DNA of 22,399 nt, taken from assembly GCA_965644495.1 (NCBI GenBank), contig CBFFSA010000080.1:1-22399 (forward strand), given 5' to 3'. The first letter of the stretch is position 1; the number at the start of each line of letters is the position of its first letter. Under the pieces are notes generated by a model, which saw only the letters and a list, made by a program, of their open reading frames with translations, made no database searches and was not told the DNA's origin. The position numbers were made by a program, and so were the translations under genes. Shown here piece by piece: positions 20,413 to 22,399 of this stretch. Source of the DNA: Perkinsela sp. CCAP 1560/9. Its lineage: Eukaryota; Protista; Euglenozoa: Kinetoplastea.

Positions 20413-22399
20413 TTAAAAGAAAAGATGGGAAAGAACAGCAATAAAAACAACAAAGAAGCTAACAACCAAAGAGGGAGCACCACTGGGACCAATATCAAAG
20501 GTAATAAAAGCTTCAAAAGTTTCAACAAAAGCCACTTGACTTCCAACAGCACTGTTATCAATATCTGCACTGAATTTGGTGTTTGCTGCCGCTGCTTGCT
20601 CTTGTGTTTCATAGATATTGTAAACATAGTTGTGGAGTTGAAGATTAGCAGTTGCATCAGGAATCATGGATGCATAGGTCCGGAAGCCCGCAAAATCGCT
20701 GAGATCTTTCGCAAACTTCTTGAATTCGTTGCTGACTTGTTGGGTATTGAACGTCGCATCGTCCTTCAAAATGAACAACCAAGTGGTGATATAGAACGAG
20801 TCCTCATTTTGTTCAAAGCAACTATCGTCAGGAGTGTAAAAGAATTGAAGAGAACCTTGTTGGAATCGAACAGGTTCAATTTGCCCTGTCAAATTTGAGG
20901 TTTCAACAAAGGCAACAGCAGCAATTTGAGCTTCAGCAGCATTTTCTTTTCCTTCAAACACGTTCTGGAAGTAGTTGTTTGTTTCATTGACAATCGATCC
21001 TTGATACAAATAGAATCCATCAAGGCTTGATACTTCAGGGCCAAACCCAGTTTCAAACTCATCAGAGACATTCTGGGTCGTGAATGTTGCGGAAGGAGAA
21101 AGCACCCACAAACGAGTAATCAACCTCTTGTCACAAACATCACAAATGTAGTAAGTTCCTTGGTCGTTTGTATCACCCTCACTGTCGATGATCACAGGGG
21201 GAGGGGGAGGGGGAGTCGGGAGAAGGAAAGCATTGGCATCACACTCATCTTCAGGTGCAGTGTCACTTTCGCGAGGAAGATATTCTTGAATAGATGCATC
21301 GAGTTGTGCTTGAACATTAGCGCTCCAATCTCCAACAAAAGAAGTTTCAGCAAGAGTATCATCATCAAGCAAAGTATAAAGAGTTTGACCATGGAAATCG
21401 TCTTCATCATCTCCTGCTCCTTCTTGATAAAAGACACCTTGACAAACTTTGTGTTCTTCATGACAACGACCTTCAGCAAATCCAAGAGTGAAAGGAGTTG
21501 TGGGTGCAGTGTAAGAAGCAATAAAACGGTTTTCACTTTGATCCTCACAAATAAAAGTTCTATCAGGAACCCCAGTCGCATACGTTCCATGGACTCGAGC
21601 AGAAGGAGATGCAGAGAAACGCCAACATTCAGTAGTGTCTGGAACATCATAACTAATACGAGTCACTGATCCCCAATTAAAAGTTTGACCTGGGAGACTG
21701 TCAAATCCATACGTTCCTTCAAAATGGTCGAAATCGATAATCTTCAGAGAAATTGGACCCGCAGTTGTTGTTTCACCGTCTGCATAAAAGACACCAGGTT
21801 CATACCATCGCCCTTCCCAAACACCACTCAATGGATCAAAAGTTCCGCGCACGAGTCCAACTTTGGAATACACACCAGAAAGCTCGGTTGGAGTGCTTTC
21901 GCAGACAAAGAAAGGTCCCGTATAAATTGGATCAGTAAACTCTCCTTCAAACAAAACAGAAGCTCCTGTTGCGCAGGTAGAAGGAGTTACACTTCCACCA
22001 TTTGATGTGATATCAAAAAATTCTCTTAGGTTTGGAGCAGGCAACATCAATCCTTGATCAATGGTTGAAGGATACCATTCAATATGAAGAGTATCCGACG
22101 CAGTCACAGAGATTGTAAAAGAACCCTTAGTACCATTGAACAAATAGATTCCATTGCAAACAACAAAATTTGTATCACACTCTCCATCAAAGAACCCAAC
22201 TGTATCGCTTCCATCCTTACTCGCGATGGTTGCGTTCATTTCACCATTCGTCATACAGATAGAGAAGAGGTAATCATTATTTTCATATGATCCAGTGAGA
22301 GCACCAATATTGCCAGGAGCAGAATTGAAAATAGTAGCCTGATTTGATGGGCGAGTATAACCATTATTACCGGGGTTACGATTAAGAGTTTGTGTTGCG
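20413..22399 (-). CDS. Probable GPI-anchored / C-terminally anchored cell-surface protein with beta-rich repeats and tandem ABM-like domains (5' end outside window)
   Basis: The frame of ORF 20413..22254 stays open upstream to the window edge (ATQTLNRNPG..GALTGSYENNDYLFSIC-MTNG), so the listed Met is internal. The protein is acidic, has paired Cys, N-glycosylation sequons and a PTPPPPPP linker. It ends GPSGAPSLVVSFFVVFIAVLSHLFF-stop (small residues, then a hydrophobic tail with no cytosolic extension). No intron is evident in about 2 kb. Confidence 0.82.
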   Translation of the reverse strand, partial: ATQTLNRNPGNNGYTRPSNQATIFNSAPGNIGALTGSYENNDYLFSICMTNGEMNATIASKDGSDTVGFFDGECDTNFVVCNGIYLFNGTKGSFTISVTASDTLHIEWYPSTIDQGLMLPAPNLREFFDITSNGGSVTPSTCATGASVLFEGEFTDPIYTGPFFVCESTPTELSGVYSKVGLVRGTFDPLSGVWEGRWYEPGVFYADGETTTAGPISLKIIDFDHFEGTYGFDSLPGQTFNWGSVTRISYDVPDTTECWRFSASPSARVHGTYATGVPDRTFICEDQSENRFIASYTAPTTPFTLGFAEGRCHEEHKVCQGVFYQEGAGDDEDDFHGQTLYTLLDDDTLAETSFVGDWSANVQAQLDASIQEYLPRESDTAPEDECDANAFLLPTPPPPPPVIIDSEGDTNDQGTYYICDVCDKRLITRLWVLSPSATFTTQNVSDEFETGFGPEVSSLDGFYLYQGSIVNETNNYFQNVFEGKENAAEAQIAAVAFVETSNLTGQIEPVRFQQGSLQFFYTPDDSCFEQNEDSFYITTWLFILKDDATFNTQQVSNEFKKFAKDLSDFAGFRTYASMIPDATANLQLHNYVYNIYETQEQAAAANTKFSADIDNSAVGSQVAFVETFEAFITFDIGPSGAPSLVVSFFVVFIAVLSHLFF

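Noticed and set aside
20425-22290. Several plus-strand ORFs and alternative-frame minus ORFs overlapping the surface-protein gene
   Set aside because: They overlap a longer coherent CDS and show no recognisable motifs; treated as shadow frames.

Overview
Gene-dense eukaryotic DNA with short T-rich GT-AG introns. It is probably an amoeboid protist (amoebozoan-like), inferred from the paxillin type and intron style. The ORF track fragments the real genes, so I rebuilt them by hand from splice sites and reading-frame phase. (1) Minus strand, 104..<1: the 5' end of a gene beginning with a mitochondrial-type presequence. (2) Minus strand, 241-956: a possible decayed Rab-like small-GTPase remnant. 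(3) Minus strand, 1085-4020: a 7-exon paxillin (811 aa) with four LIM domains and an unusually expanded array of 13 LD motifs in Q/G/P-rich repeats. (4) Plus strand, 4379-20206: a head-to-head 13-exon gene encoding a ~4,829-aa protein. It is built on a DUF3638/DUF3645 helicase-like ATPase core and carries a putative degenerate thiol-protease-like N-terminus, a nucleoredoxin-type thioredoxin domain (WCPAC), three RanBP2/NZF zinc fingers, UBA, UIM-like, GF-rich, AZUL-like and EF-hand modules. (5) Minus strand, 20413..>22399: a probable GPI-anchored surface protein with beta-rich repeats and a tandem pair of ABM-like domains. The giant ubiquitin/redox/Ca-linked ATPase is the best candidate for an undescribed system. 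All domain calls are by-eye motif recognition, not database searches.
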